Source: Bacteroidota bacterium
GTDB lineage: Bacteria; Bacteroidota; Bacteroidia; JAFLBG01
Direction: 5' to 3'
Length of the DNA: 64,000 nucleotides
Assembly: GCA_017303975.1 (NCBI GenBank)
Contig: JAFLBG010000001.1
Span: 91,988 to 155,987, forward strand
In this document: one piece after another, positions 20,620 to 29,512 of the stretch
Layout of the letters: every line of letters starts with the position of its first letter
How positions within the stretch are numbered: position 1 is the first letter of the stretch
Position numbers and translations under genes: made by a program
Notes under the pieces: generated by a model
Database searches by the model: none
Seen by the model: only the letters and a program-made list of their open reading frames with translations
Told to the model about the DNA's origin: nothing

Positions 20620-20868
20620 ATGAAAAAATTATTATCTCTGGTGCTTATAGCGGTTAGCGTTTTAACGTCATCGTGCTTTAGAAAAAAATACGATTGCGAT
20701 TGTACTTATGCAGACGCCTTTTCTGGTGCTGTTGTAAAAACTGAAACAGAAGAAATTCGTGCAAAAACTAAAGCGGGCGCACTTATAGAGTGTGATGATA
20801 TCGAAATGTCAAAAGAGGGTATTGCGGGTTTAAACAACAATGTAAGCTGTGTGTTAGAAAGAAACTAA
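20620..20868 (+). CDS. Small Cys-rich lipoprotein (82 aa)
   Basis: Lipobox LTSSC, then C-x6-C-x-C ... C ... C. Same cysteine architecture as 19381..19581. Confidence 0.55.
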   Translation: MKKLLSLVLIAVSVLTSSCFRKKYDCDCTYADAFSGAVVKTETEEIRAKTKAGALIECDDIEMSKEGIAGLNNNVSCVLERN

Positions 20869-22115
20869 CTCAATGCCTGCTCCATATCTGCAATAATATC
20901 ATTATAATTTTCAACCCCTACAGATAGTCGCACCATTTTATCGGTGATTGAAAAATATTTTTTTTCTGCTTGATCAACATCTGCATGTGTCATGGTATAT
21001 GGGTGTTCGGCCAAACTCTCTGTACTACCAAGGCTTACAGCTAGTTTTATTAGCTTTAATTTATTTAAAAAAGAAAATGCTGCCGGCTCTCCTCCTTTAA
21101 TATCAAAGGATAGCATAGCACCGGCACTCAAACACTGTTTTTTAAATACATGGTATTGTTCTGTTTGTTCTGCTGTTATATTTCCTAAATAATACACCTT
21201 TTCTACTTTAGGATGTTGGTTTAAAAATTCAGCCACTTTGGTAGCATTAAATGCTTGAATATCCATTCTCGCTTTTAATGTTTCTAGGCTGCGCAGCAGC
21301 AACCACCCTGTCCAAGGGCCGGCCATGTTGCCCAAAAATGTACGCAATGTTTTTACACGCTTAATCAACTCGTTGGAGCCTAGACACGCACCGGCAATTA
21401 CATCGCTATGTCCACCAATATATTTGGTGGCAGAATATAAAACCAAGTCGGCTCCATGTTTTAAGGGGTGTTGCCACAATGGCCCCATGTATGTATTATC
21501 TACTGCCAACAAAACCTCTTTTCCTATGGTAGAAAAATTGCGTGCTATTTCTTTGCTCGACTCAATGTCTATCAAGTCGTTTGTTGGATTGGCAGGCGTT
21601 TCGATATATACAAGGGCAAGGCTATTTGCATGCCCGCTTTTTTCAACCAACTCAATTATTTCTTTTTGGCTTTGCCCTACTTTAAAGCCAAGGGTGTGAA
21701 TACCAAATTTCGGAAGAATTTTTTTTATGAAATGGTCTGTTCCTCCATACAACGGGTTGCTGTACAGCAATAAATCTCCGGGTTTCAAAAACTCTAATAA
21801 TACTGTTGTAATAGCAGACATGCCACTTTCAAACACGGCACAATCCTCTGCCTCATCCCATAGGGTTAGTCGGTCTTCCAGAATCTCCAAATCGGGATTA
21901 TTAATTCTACTGTAAATTAACCCTTGTTCTTCCCCTTCCCTTGCAGCGCGCAATCCGTAAGCTACTTCAAAAAAAGCTTTTCCCTCTTCTGCGTTTTTAA
22001 ACACAAATGTAGATGTTTGAAAAATCGGACTTTTTATTGCACCCTCTGATAGTTCTGGCTTGTAGCCATAGGACATCATTAAGCTTTCCGGGCGCATTTT
22101 TTTCTTGATACTCAT
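20865..22115 (-). CDS. PLP-dependent trans-sulfuration enzyme (methionine gamma-lyase / cystathionine gamma-synthase/beta-lyase family)
   Basis: 'SATKYIGGHSDV' is the PLP-lysine motif of the Cys/Met-metabolism PLP family. Overall length ~400 aa. The start may be a downstream Met (MMSYGYK). Confidence 0.75.
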   Translation of the reverse strand: MSIKKKMRPESLMMSYGYKPELSEGAIKSPIFQTSTFVFKNAEEGKAFFEVAYGLRAAREGEEQGLIYSRINNPDLEILEDRLTLWDEAEDCAVFESGMSAITTVLLEFLKPGDLLLYSNPLYGGTDHFIKKILPKFGIHTLGFKVGQSQKEIIELVEKSGHANSLALVYIETPANPTNDLIDIESSKEIARNFSTIGKEVLLAVDNTYMGPLWQHPLKHGADLVLYSATKYIGGHSDVIAGACLGSNELIKRVKTLRTFLGNMAGPWTGWLLLRSLETLKARMDIQAFNATKVAEFLNQHPKVEKVYYLGNITAEQTEQYHVFKKQCLSAGAMLSFDIKGGEPAAFSFLNKLKLIKLAVSLGSTESLAEHPYTMTHADVDQAEKKYFSITDKMVRLSVGVENYNDIIADMEQALS

Positions 22116-22121
22116 ATTTTT

Positions 22122-23816
22122 TTACTCTTTATAAAACTTAATAGGTGTGGTGTAATCATTTAAATATAAAAAATACAAACCGCTACTAAGTGAAGATACA
22201 TCAATACGTGTAGCAGATACCACTTCGTTATTTAAAACTATTTTCCCTGTTACATCTGTTAGTGTATATTTTCTAATTGTTTGTTGTTCTACTTCCCAGT
22301 TTACTTGCAAAACAGTGCTGGCGGGGTTGGGATAAACAATAAATGGATGTTGTGATTTGTTTGTATTGTAAACACCTAGCGGATTCTCCGAAATTTTGTA
22401 AACATACACATCCGCAAATGCTTTGGCTGTAATTGCTACAGGGCTGCCGGAAGGGTTGAAATTAGCTGTTTGGAAAAAGTAGCCTGTACTATAAATTTTA
22501 CGGTCGTAGCTAACAGCAATAGCCAAGCCCATTTGGTCGCCAGAACCGGTAACGGGAGCTACCCAGGTGAAATTACCTGCCGAGTCGAGCTTTTGAACAT
22601 ACCCATCAAATGAAAAAGCTGTAGAGCTTAGTGTGTGTGATCCTGAGCCCGGGTCAAAATCATTTGTGTTTTCAAAATATCCCGTTGTAAAAACTCCTGC
22701 ATTATCATCAACCGCAATAGCCCAAGCAATACTGTTTCCGCCCCCAGCTACCTGTTTCGCCCAAATATAATTTCCAACATAACCCATTTTACATACAAAC
22801 GCATCGTTGCCCGATGAAACCAAATTAGCGCTACCCAACCCCGAATCAAAGTCGGCTGCGCCTCCGTTGAAATAGCCTGTTGAATATATATTCTCGTCTT
22901 TATCAATAGCAATACCGTTTATTCGTTCATCGCCACTACCCGAAATTGTTTTAACCCAAACAGTGCTTCCCGTTGGAGAAAGCTTGCAGACAAAGGCATC
23001 CGAACCCCCGCTTGCTGTTATATAGTTTGAGGATGTGCTAGGGTCAAAATCTACCGTGCCTTTAAAACCTCCTGCAACAATAACTTCGTTTACGCTAGTA
23101 GTAGCAATGGATGTGGCCTCTTCGTCATTACTTCCGGTTAAGCTAATTGCCCAACTAAAATTCCCCATGTTGTCTAGTTTACACACAAAAGCGTCTTTGT
23201 TTACAGCAGAAATATTTTTATTTGATGTGCTCGGATCAAAATCTACAGTACCTGTAAAATGCCCCGCTACCAATATATTCATCGATTTGTCGAGGGCAAT
23301 GGCAGTTCCATATTCAGAAGAAGTTCCTGCCAGATGTTTTACCCAGCCAAAGTTTCCTGCAGAATCGAGTTTCAACACAAAAATATCATTCGACCCCGAA
23401 ACGGACGAAAGGCTTGCTGTTCCGGCATTTGGATTAAAATCAACAGTGCCACTAAAGTAACCGGTAACATAGATATTTCCTAAGGTGTCAACCGCTAGTG
23501 CGCTCCCCATCTCATAATCAGAACCACCGATGCTTTTTATCCATTTAAAATTTCCTACAGAGTCTAATTTGCTGATAAAAATATCTGTACCGCCCTGCGA
23601 TGCTTTATTTGCTAAGGAGGAAAGATTTGGGTCAAAATCAACGGTGCCATAGAAAAGCCCTGTGGTGTAAATATTCCCCCACTTATCTGTTGCAATGGCT
23701 CTGGGTTCTTCATCCATTGTTCCACTAAAAGCTTTTGCCCAGTTTAATTGTTGTGCAGATATAACAGCGGAAAGACTTATAAGTAGAAAGAATAAGGAAC
23801 TTCTGGCTTTTATCAT
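22122..23816 (-). CDS. SBBP-repeat beta-propeller protein with T9SS type-A C-terminal sorting domain
   Basis: Signal peptide. Roughly 9 repeats of 'G..D.G.AIA.D..GN.Y.TG.F.GT.DFDP' (SBBP, PF06739). C-terminus 'IVYPNPAST.LQV...LTDVTGKIV...SSGLYFL' is TIGR04183-like. Confidence 0.75.
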   Translation of the reverse strand: MIKARSSLFFLLISLSAVISAQQLNWAKAFSGTMDEEPRAIATDKWGNIYTTGLFYGTVDFDPNLSSLANKASQGGTDIFISKLDSVGNFKWIKSIGGSDYEMGSALAVDTLGNIYVTGYFSGTVDFNPNAGTASLSSVSGSNDIFVLKLDSAGNFGWVKHLAGTSSEYGTAIALDKSMNILVAGHFTGTVDFDPSTSNKNISAVNKDAFVCKLDNMGNFSWAISLTGSNDEEATSIATTSVNEVIVAGGFKGTVDFDPSTSSNYITASGGSDAFVCKLSPTGSTVWVKTISGSGDERINGIAIDKDENIYSTGYFNGGAADFDSGLGSANLVSSGNDAFVCKMGYVGNYIWAKQVAGGGNSIAWAIAVDDNAGVFTTGYFENTNDFDPGSGSHTLSSTAFSFDGYVQKLDSAGNFTWVAPVTGSGDQMGLAIAVSYDRKIYSTGYFFQTANFNPSGSPVAITAKAFADVYVYKISENPLGVYNTNKSQHPFIVYPNPASTVLQVNWEVEQQTIRKYTLTDVTGKIVLNNEVVSATRIDVSSLSSGLYFLYLNDYTTPIKFYKE

Positions 23817-23898
23817 ATTCTCCTTAAGTTACTCATTTTGCGGATTTTTTGTGCAATACAAAACAATACAATCTGCTAAGTTGTTAATAACCTAGATT

Positions 23899-23931
23899 TT
23901 TTGGTGGAATACCTATTTTTAGGTATTTTTG
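23899..23931 (+). promoter_or_regulatory. Candidate Bacteroidetes-type promoter of the suf operon (TTG at -33, TAnnTTTG at -7) with a palindrome in the spacer
   Basis: TTG at 23901-23903. TATTTTTG at 23924-23931, which matches the Bacteroidetes sigma-A -7 consensus TAnnTTTG. 20-nt spacer. The palindrome AATACCT-attttt-AGGTATT (23908-23927) lies between the two elements, about 30 nt upstream of the sufA start. Confidence 0.4.
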
Positions 23932-23960
23932 TATTTAGAATTAATCTAAATAGGGATTTT

Positions 23961-24287
23961 ATGATAACAGTATCAGATAATGCCAAGCAACAGGCACTTC
24001 ATTTAATGAAGCAAGACAATAAGCCCGAAGGTGCTTTTATTCGTGTTGGTGTAGAGGGTGGAGGCTGCTCCGGATTGAGTTATAAGCTTGAATTTGACAC
24101 CGAACTAAAAGAGGGGGATCAACAGTTTGAAGATAAGGGAATAAAAATAGTGGTGGACAAAAAAAGCTTTTTATACTTGGTTGGAACAGAGCTTGATTTT
24201 TCGGGTGGACTAAACGGAAAAGGATTTGTATTTAATAATCCTAATGCATCGAGAACTTGTGGGTGTGGGGAATCGTTTGCAGTATAA
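23961..24287 (+). CDS. sufA: Fe-S cluster insertion protein, HesB/IscA/SufA family
   Basis: 'FIRVGVEGGGCSGLSY...' with the C-terminal 'CGCGESF' motif. The internal Met at 23961 was chosen as start because the upstream extension covers the promoter palindrome. Confidence 0.85.
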   Translation: MITVSDNAKQQALHLMKQDNKPEGAFIRVGVEGGGCSGLSYKLEFDTELKEGDQQFEDKGIKIVVDKKSFLYLVGTELDFSGGLNGKGFVFNNPNASRTCGCGESFAV

Positions 24288-24296
24288 AATAGTTTT

Positions 24297-24776
24297 TTAG
24301 TTCGTTAGTTCACCAGTTTTTAGTAAAAAATGGCAACAATAGATAGGTTTGAAGATTTAATAGCTTGGCAAAAAGCTAAAAAATTGGCACTGGGTGTATA
24401 TACTCTTACAAATGTTGGGATTTTTTCTAAAGACTTTGGATTGCGAGATCAAGTGAGGCGATCTTCTATTTCTGTTGTATCTAATATTGCAGAGGGTTTT
24501 GAACGCAAAGGGAACAGAGAGTTTTTACAATTCTTATATATTTCGTTGGGGTCTTTAGGCGAGTTAAAAACTCAAATTGAAATTGCTTTTGAACTCAACT
24601 ATTTTTCAGAAAACGAATACAAAAATATTTTACCCCAAATAACAGAAGTGAGAAAAATTATAAATGGTTTAATTTCTAGTTTAAAGGATAGTGATTTTAA
24701 GGGAATAAAATTTAAGTATTCATAGTACTCGTAAACTGAAATACTAACAAACTGGCAAACTTGAATACTAGTAAAC
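24297..24776 (+). mobile_element. IR-bounded four-helix-bundle cassette 1 (imperfect ~20-bp inverted repeats)
   Basis: Left arm TTAGTTCGTTAGTTCACCAGTTTTTAGTA (24297-24325). Right arm TACTAACAAACTGGCAAACTTGAATACTAG (24747-24776). The reverse complement of the left arm aligns with the right arm at about 17 of 20 positions (tactaa-aaactgg-..aact). Confidence 0.35.
24330..24725 (+). CDS. Four helix bundle protein (TIGR02436 / PF05635 23S rRNA-intervening-sequence protein family), copy 1
   Basis: 'FEDLIAWQKAKKL...VYTLT...FGLRDQVRRSSISVVSNIAEGFERKGNREFLQFLYISLGSLGELKTQIEIAFEL' matches the family consensus. Confidence 0.85.
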   Translation: MATIDRFEDLIAWQKAKKLALGVYTLTNVGIFSKDFGLRDQVRRSSISVVSNIAEGFERKGNREFLQFLYISLGSLGELKTQIEIAFELNYFSENEYKNILPQITEVRKIINGLISSLKDSDFKGIKFKYS

Positions 24777-24786
24777 AAAAAAACTG

Positions 24787-26238
24787 ATGAACACAACTAT
24801 AGAAGAACACATCTCCTCCGATTATAAATACGGCTGGAGCACAGATATAGAAATGGACAATGCCCCAAAAGGCTTGAGTGAGGATATTGTGCGATTTATT
24901 TCCAAGAAAAAAAACGAACCGGAGTGGTTATTGGAATATAGGTTAAAAGCCTACAAACATTGGCTTACATTAGAAGAGCCACGGTATTGGCCACATTTGA
25001 ATTATCCTAAAATAGATTTTCAAAACATTATATATTACGCGGCACCTAAGCCACAAAAAAAATTAAACAGTCTAGACGAAGTTGATCCGGAACTTTTAAA
25101 AACCTTCGAAAAGCTTGGTATATCGCTCGAAGAACAAAAACGTATTTCTGGTGTAGAATCTAAAATTGCTGTAGATGCAGTAATTGATAGTGTTTCGGTA
25201 AAAACTACATTTAAAGAAACGTTAGCAGAGAAAGGAATTATTTTCTGCTCCTTCAGTGAGGCTGTGCACGAGCACCCGGAATTGATTAAACAATACATGG
25301 GCACTGTAGTGCCTTATACAGATAATTATTATGCAGCATTAAACTCTGCTGTTTTTAGCGATGGCTCGTTTTGTTATATACCAAAAGGAGTTCGTTGCCC
25401 AATGGAACTATCAACTTACTTTAGAATTAACTCAGCCGGTACCGGCCAATTTGAAAGGACGTTGTTAGTTGCCGATGAAGGTGCTTACGTTAGCTACTTG
25501 GAAGGCTGCACTGCTCCTATGCGCGATGAAAATCAGTTGCACGCTGCGGTGGTAGAAATTGTAGCTCATAAAAATGGAGAAGTAAAATACAGCACCGTTC
25601 AAAACTGGTACCCGGGCGACAAAGAGGGCAAGGGTGGTATTTACAATTTTGTAACCAAGCGTGGAATTTGTTTAGGAGATAATTCTAAAATTTCTTGGAC
25701 ACAAGTTGAAACCGGCTCTGCCATTACTTGGAAATACCCAAGTGTAATTTTAAAAGGAAATAATTCGGTTGGTGAGTTTTATTCGGTGGCTGTTACAAAC
25801 AACTACCAGCAAGCAGATACAGGCACCAAGATGATTCACTTAGGAAAAAACACTCGCAGCACCATTATATCAAAAGGAATTTCCGCAGGCTTTAGTAATA
25901 ATAGTTATAGAGGATTAGTGCGTGTAGCAAAAGGTGCCACCAATGCACGAAATTTTTCTCAATGTGATTCCTTGCTAATGGGCGACAAATGCGGAGCACA
26001 CACATTTCCGTACATTGAAATAAAAGATAAATCAGGCATAGTAGAGCACGAAGCTACTACTTCAAAAATTGGAGAAGATCAATTGTTTTATTGCAAACAA
26101 CGTGGAATTGACACAGAGAAAGCCATAGGACTTATTGTAAACGGCTATTGCAAAGAAGTTTTTAATCAGTTGCCTATGGAATTTGCGGTGGAAGCACAGA
26201 AATTATTAGCGGTTTCACTAGAAGGGTCTGTGGGATAA
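24787..26238 (+). CDS. sufB: Fe-S cluster assembly protein SufB
   Basis: 483 aa with SufB-characteristic blocks throughout. Confidence 0.95.
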   Translation: MNTTIEEHISSDYKYGWSTDIEMDNAPKGLSEDIVRFISKKKNEPEWLLEYRLKAYKHWLTLEEPRYWPHLNYPKIDFQNIIYYAAPKPQKKLNSLDEVDPELLKTFEKLGISLEEQKRISGVESKIAVDAVIDSVSVKTTFKETLAEKGIIFCSFSEAVHEHPELIKQYMGTVVPYTDNYYAALNSAVFSDGSFCYIPKGVRCPMELSTYFRINSAGTGQFERTLLVADEGAYVSYLEGCTAPMRDENQLHAAVVEIVAHKNGEVKYSTVQNWYPGDKEGKGGIYNFVTKRGICLGDNSKISWTQVETGSAITWKYPSVILKGNNSVGEFYSVAVTNNYQQADTGTKMIHLGKNTRSTIISKGISAGFSNNSYRGLVRVAKGATNARNFSQCDSLLMGDKCGAHTFPYIEIKDKSGIVEHEATTSKIGEDQLFYCKQRGIDTEKAIGLIVNGYCKEVFNQLPMEFAVEAQKLLAVSLEGSVG

Positions 26239-26246
26239 AAAGTTAT

Positions 26247-26728
26247 AAAGTTTAAAGTTGGAAAGTTTGAAATCAAATAATATTAATGGCAACAATAGAA
26301 CGATTTGAGGATTTAAAAGTTTGGCAAAAAGCACGACAGCTGAACAAAGAAATATATAAAGTATCTAATACGGGTGCTTTTTCAAAAGATTTTGGATTAC
26401 GCGATCAAATAAGACGTTCAAGTATTTCTATCGTATCTAATATTGCTGAGGGTTATGAAAGAAATGGTACTAAAGAATTCAACCAGTTTTTATCAATAGC
26501 AAAGGCTTCTGCGGCAGAATTAAGAGCGCAGCTTTATGTTTCCTTTGATTTAGAATATATTTCTGAACAAGAATTTAATACCCTAATCTCTATTGTTCTT
26601 GAGGTTAGCAAAATGCTTTCCGGATTAATGAGTTATTTACAAACAACCGAAATAAAAGGGAATAAATTTAAAGAAAGTGCTGAATTGTATGGTACGAATC
26701 AACTTTAAACTTTCCAACTTTAAACTTT
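26247..26728 (+). mobile_element. IR-bounded four-helix-bundle cassette 2 (perfect 22-bp inverted repeats)
   Basis: AAAGTTTAAAGTTGGAAAGTTT at 26247-26268 is the exact reverse complement of AAACTTTCCAACTTTAAACTTT at 26707-26728. The arms enclose the whole 4HB gene. The right arm starts within the stop codon and abuts the sufC start. Confidence 0.5.
26286..26708 (+). CDS. Four helix bundle protein (TIGR02436 / PF05635 family), copy 2
   Basis: 'FEDLKVWQKARQL...IYKVS...FGLRDQIRRSSISIVSNIAEGYERNGTKEFNQFLSIAKASAAELRAQLYVSFDL'. Confidence 0.85.
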   Translation: MATIERFEDLKVWQKARQLNKEIYKVSNTGAFSKDFGLRDQIRRSSISIVSNIAEGYERNGTKEFNQFLSIAKASAAELRAQLYVSFDLEYISEQEFNTLISIVLEVSKMLSGLMSYLQTTEIKGNKFKESAELYGTNQL

Positions 26729-26733
26729 AAACT

Positions 26734-27480
26734 ATGTTGACTATAAAAAACCTACACGCAGGAATCGAAGACAAAGAAATTCTAAAAGGATTTTCATTAA
26801 ATGTTAAACCTGGAGAAGTTCATGCAATCATGGGTCCTAATGGATCGGGAAAAAGTACATTGGCTAGTGTGCTTGCAGGACGCGAAGATTATACCGTTAC
26901 CGATGGAGAAGTAACTTTTAAAAACAAGAACTTATTGGAGTTATCTCCTGAAGATAGAGCAAGAGAAGGCGTGTTTCTTGCATTTCAATATCCAATAGAG
27001 ATTCCTGGTGTAAGCAATATCAATTTTTTAAAGACGGCCATTAACGAAATTCGTGCGTACAAAGGCATGGAAGCAATGGAAGCAAAAGACTTTTTAAAAT
27101 TGGTAAAGGAAAAGCAAGCCATGGTGGAGTTACAAGGCACGCTGGCAAACCGCAGTGTTAACGAAGGTTTTAGCGGGGGAGAGAAAAAACGAAACGAAAT
27201 TTTTCAAATGGCCATGCTGGAGCCAAGCTTAGCTATACTTGATGAAACTGACTCCGGACTTGACATTGACGCTTTGCGTATTGTAGCCAGCGGTGTAAAT
27301 AAATTACGCAACAAAGACAGATCGTTTATTGTTATTACGCACTACCAACGTTTACTAGATTATATAGTTCCTGACTTTGTGCATGTAATGTATCAAGGAA
27401 AAATTGTAAAATCAGGTGGAAAAGAATTAGCGCTAGAGCTGGAGAAAAACGGATACGATTGGGTGAAGGAGTTAGTTTAA
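26734..27480 (+). CDS. sufC: Fe-S cluster assembly ATPase SufC
   Basis: Walker A 'GPNGSGKST', ABC signature 'FSGGEKKR', Walker B 'LAILDETDSGLD'. Confidence 0.95.
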   Translation: MLTIKNLHAGIEDKEILKGFSLNVKPGEVHAIMGPNGSGKSTLASVLAGREDYTVTDGEVTFKNKNLLELSPEDRAREGVFLAFQYPIEIPGVSNINFLKTAINEIRAYKGMEAMEAKDFLKLVKEKQAMVELQGTLANRSVNEGFSGGEKKRNEIFQMAMLEPSLAILDETDSGLDIDALRIVASGVNKLRNKDRSFIVITHYQRLLDYIVPDFVHVMYQGKIVKSGGKELALELEKNGYDWVKELV

Positions 27481-27663
27481 AGTTAGAAAGTCAAATTCTC
27501 CCCTTGAGAGCTTGTCCGCCTCTGGCGGAGGAGATATAGAGGGGTGTGTAGGGGAAATTGTGCGGTTTTAAATGTTTAATAGATTAACAACTTAATATCA
27601 CAAATTGTGACATGAAGTTGAATTACTAACAACAAAGAACTTTGAACAAAGAATTAATTTATA
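27481..27663 (+). repeat. 183-bp sufC-sufD spacer: degenerate IR-bounded element containing a GC-rich REP-like hairpin core
   Basis: Left AAAGTTAGAAAGT (27482-27494) and right AAGAACTTTGAACAAAG (27638-27654) are in inverted orientation and belong to the same AAAGTT heptamer family. The core at 27488-27545 (..CCGCCTCTGGCGG.. GAGGGGTGTGTAGGGGAA) is an inverted, diverged copy of the 70-bp GC-rich repeat at 28984 and 29875. It also holds the palindrome TCACAAATTGTGA (27613-27625). Confidence 0.4.
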
Positions 27664-28983
27664 ATGAACACAACCATAAAAACAAACATACCAACAGCAC
27701 TTTTAAGCTATCTTGAAAGTACCGCTGCAACACACGCCAATCAATCATTTCGAACCCAAGCGCTTGATAGCTTGTTAAACCAAGGGTTGCCTAACAAAAA
27801 AAGTGAAGAATATAAATATTCTCCGGTAGAAAAATTCTTCAAAGAGTTAAACTTTAGTTCAAAAGGAAATTCGCCTAATGCAGACATATTCAAAACCCTT
27901 AATTATCCTAAGCTACGAGGAGTCGAAGTTTTTGCAATTAATGGAATTATTGTGGCGTCTAGTCACACTGAGCCTGTCGAAGTGTCTGGGAGTACTATTA
28001 AAATCCAATCCCTAAAACAAGCGATGTTAGAAAACAATAAAATCGCAGATACATATCTCGGTCAACTTTCTTCCAAAAACCAAGACCCTTTCATTGCCTT
28101 AAACAATGCAGCTTTTGAAGATGGTATATTTATTCATCTGGAAAAGAACGCAATAGTAGAAGAGCCAATTCACATTATCAATTACGTTACCTCCCAAGAA
28201 AACTGTTTAATTCAACCGCATCATTTATTTGTATTTGAAGAAAACTCTCAAACCACAATTATTGAAACTACTATAATTAAAGGTAGTAGCGTTGGCTTTG
28301 TTTATAATAGTTTGGTGGAAATGCAAGCAGCAGAAAATTCTAAAATAAATTATTATCGCTTGCAGCTGGGATCTAAGTCGGATGATACTAAAAAAGCTGC
28401 AGTATTTAACACACAAATAAATCAAGAGAAAAATTCTACCGTAGATACTAATACAATTACCATCAATACTTCTTGGTTACGCAATAATCATAACATTGTT
28501 TTAAATGGTACCAATTGTGAAGCACATTTAAACGGTTTGTTTTTAATAAACAACCATCAGCACGTTGATAATCACACCTTGGTTGACCACCAGCAACCGC
28601 ATTGCCAAAGCAATCAGTTGTACAAAGGAATTTTAAGTGATAAGTCGACCGGAATATTCAATGGAAAAATATTTGTTCGCAAGGATGCACAAAAAACAAA
28701 TGCATATCAATCAAGCAAAAATATTTTGTTGAGTGACGATGCTACAATCAATGCAAAACCACAATTAGAAATTTATGCCGATGATGTAAAGTGTTCGCAC
28801 GGTTCATCAACAGGCAAGATTGACACGGATGCCCTGTTTTACTTACGTGCACGGGGAGTTGGCGAAGAATCCGCCAGAAGGCTCTTATTACATGCTTTTG
28901 CAAATGATGTGATTGAAACTATAAAAAACGAAGAGTTGCAAATGACTATTAAAGAAATTATAGAAAAGCAACTTTATGTATAA
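27664..28983 (+). CDS. sufD: Fe-S cluster assembly protein SufD
   Basis: 439 aa with SufB/SufD-family C-terminal beta-helix motifs ('ILLSDDATINAKPQLEIYADDVKCSHGSSTGKID'). Confidence 0.9.
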   Translation: MNTTIKTNIPTALLSYLESTAATHANQSFRTQALDSLLNQGLPNKKSEEYKYSPVEKFFKELNFSSKGNSPNADIFKTLNYPKLRGVEVFAINGIIVASSHTEPVEVSGSTIKIQSLKQAMLENNKIADTYLGQLSSKNQDPFIALNNAAFEDGIFIHLEKNAIVEEPIHIINYVTSQENCLIQPHHLFVFEENSQTTIIETTIIKGSSVGFVYNSLVEMQAAENSKINYYRLQLGSKSDDTKKAAVFNTQINQEKNSTVDTNTITINTSWLRNNHNIVLNGTNCEAHLNGLFLINNHQHVDNHTLVDHQQPHCQSNQLYKGILSDKSTGIFNGKIFVRKDAQKTNAYQSSKNILLSDDATINAKPQLEIYADDVKCSHGSSTGKIDTDALFYLRARGVGEESARRLLLHAFANDVIETIKNEELQMTIKEIIEKQLYV

Positions 28984-29056
28984 ACACACCCCTAGCCCCT
29001 CTCAAGAGGGGAACCTACGCACACTTCCCTACTTGAGGAGGAATTATGGAGGTGTA
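28984..29056 (+). repeat. GC-rich ~72-bp REP-like repeat, copy A (two GC hairpins)
   Basis: ACACACCCCTAGCCCCTCTCAAGAGGGGAACCTACGCACACTTCCCTACTTGAGGAGG...GGAGGTGTA. It contains hairpins CCCCTCT-ca-AGAGGGG and a TCCCT.C-ttga-GGAGG stem. About 90% identical to copy B at 29875..29946. A 3' half-copy lies at 29476..29506. Confidence 0.7.
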
Positions 29057-29093
29057 CCACAAGAGTGCAATTATATAAACAACAAATTGGATA

Positions 29094-29507
29094 ATGTTTG
29101 ACATCTGGCACATAGCTATTCCTGTAACTAATATAGAAGAATCCATTTCTTTCTATTGCGATTTTCTTGGCTTCATTTTTATTGGAACCGATGAGAATCA
29201 CAACAAAAAGCAAGCTTTTATTAAAACTCCTGGTGGTAATATGTCTATCGAATTATTTATTGAAAGCAACAGCATTAACAAAAAAATGCCCGATCATATT
29301 GCTTTTGAGTGCGATGATATTGAAACCTACATTAATAAATTAAAAAGCAAAAACGCAACTATTCCTACGCACCTTAATTCTTATGATAATGGTGTTCGCT
29401 TTTTTTCCTTGATAGATCCACAGGGTATTCCTTTGCATTTTTTTAAAGGAAGAAAACTTTATGAAGATTCATTAATTCCCTCCTTGAGGAGGGCCAGGGA
29501 GGTGTAA
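29094..29507 (+). CDS. VOC family protein (glyoxalase/bleomycin-resistance/dioxygenase fold)
   Basis: 'WHIAIPVTNIEESISFYCDFLGF' at the N-terminus and 'DHIAFECDDIETYINKL' fit VOC. The C-terminal 'SLRRAREV*' is encoded by the half-repeat. Confidence 0.65.
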   Translation: MFDIWHIAIPVTNIEESISFYCDFLGFIFIGTDENHNKKQAFIKTPGGNMSIELFIESNSINKKMPDHIAFECDDIETYINKLKSKNATIPTHLNSYDNGVRFFSLIDPQGIPLHFFKGRKLYEDSLIPSLRRAREV

Positions 29508-29512
29508 ATAAT

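Noticed and set aside
21325-21915. + strand ORFs inside the PLP-enzyme gene
   Set aside because: They are antisense to a well-supported PLP-dependent enzyme CDS and have no motifs.
23901-23960. Upstream extension of the sufA ORF (start at 23901)
   Set aside because: The extension covers the putative promoter elements and the spacer palindrome. The IscA family alignment starts at the internal Met (MITVSDNAK).
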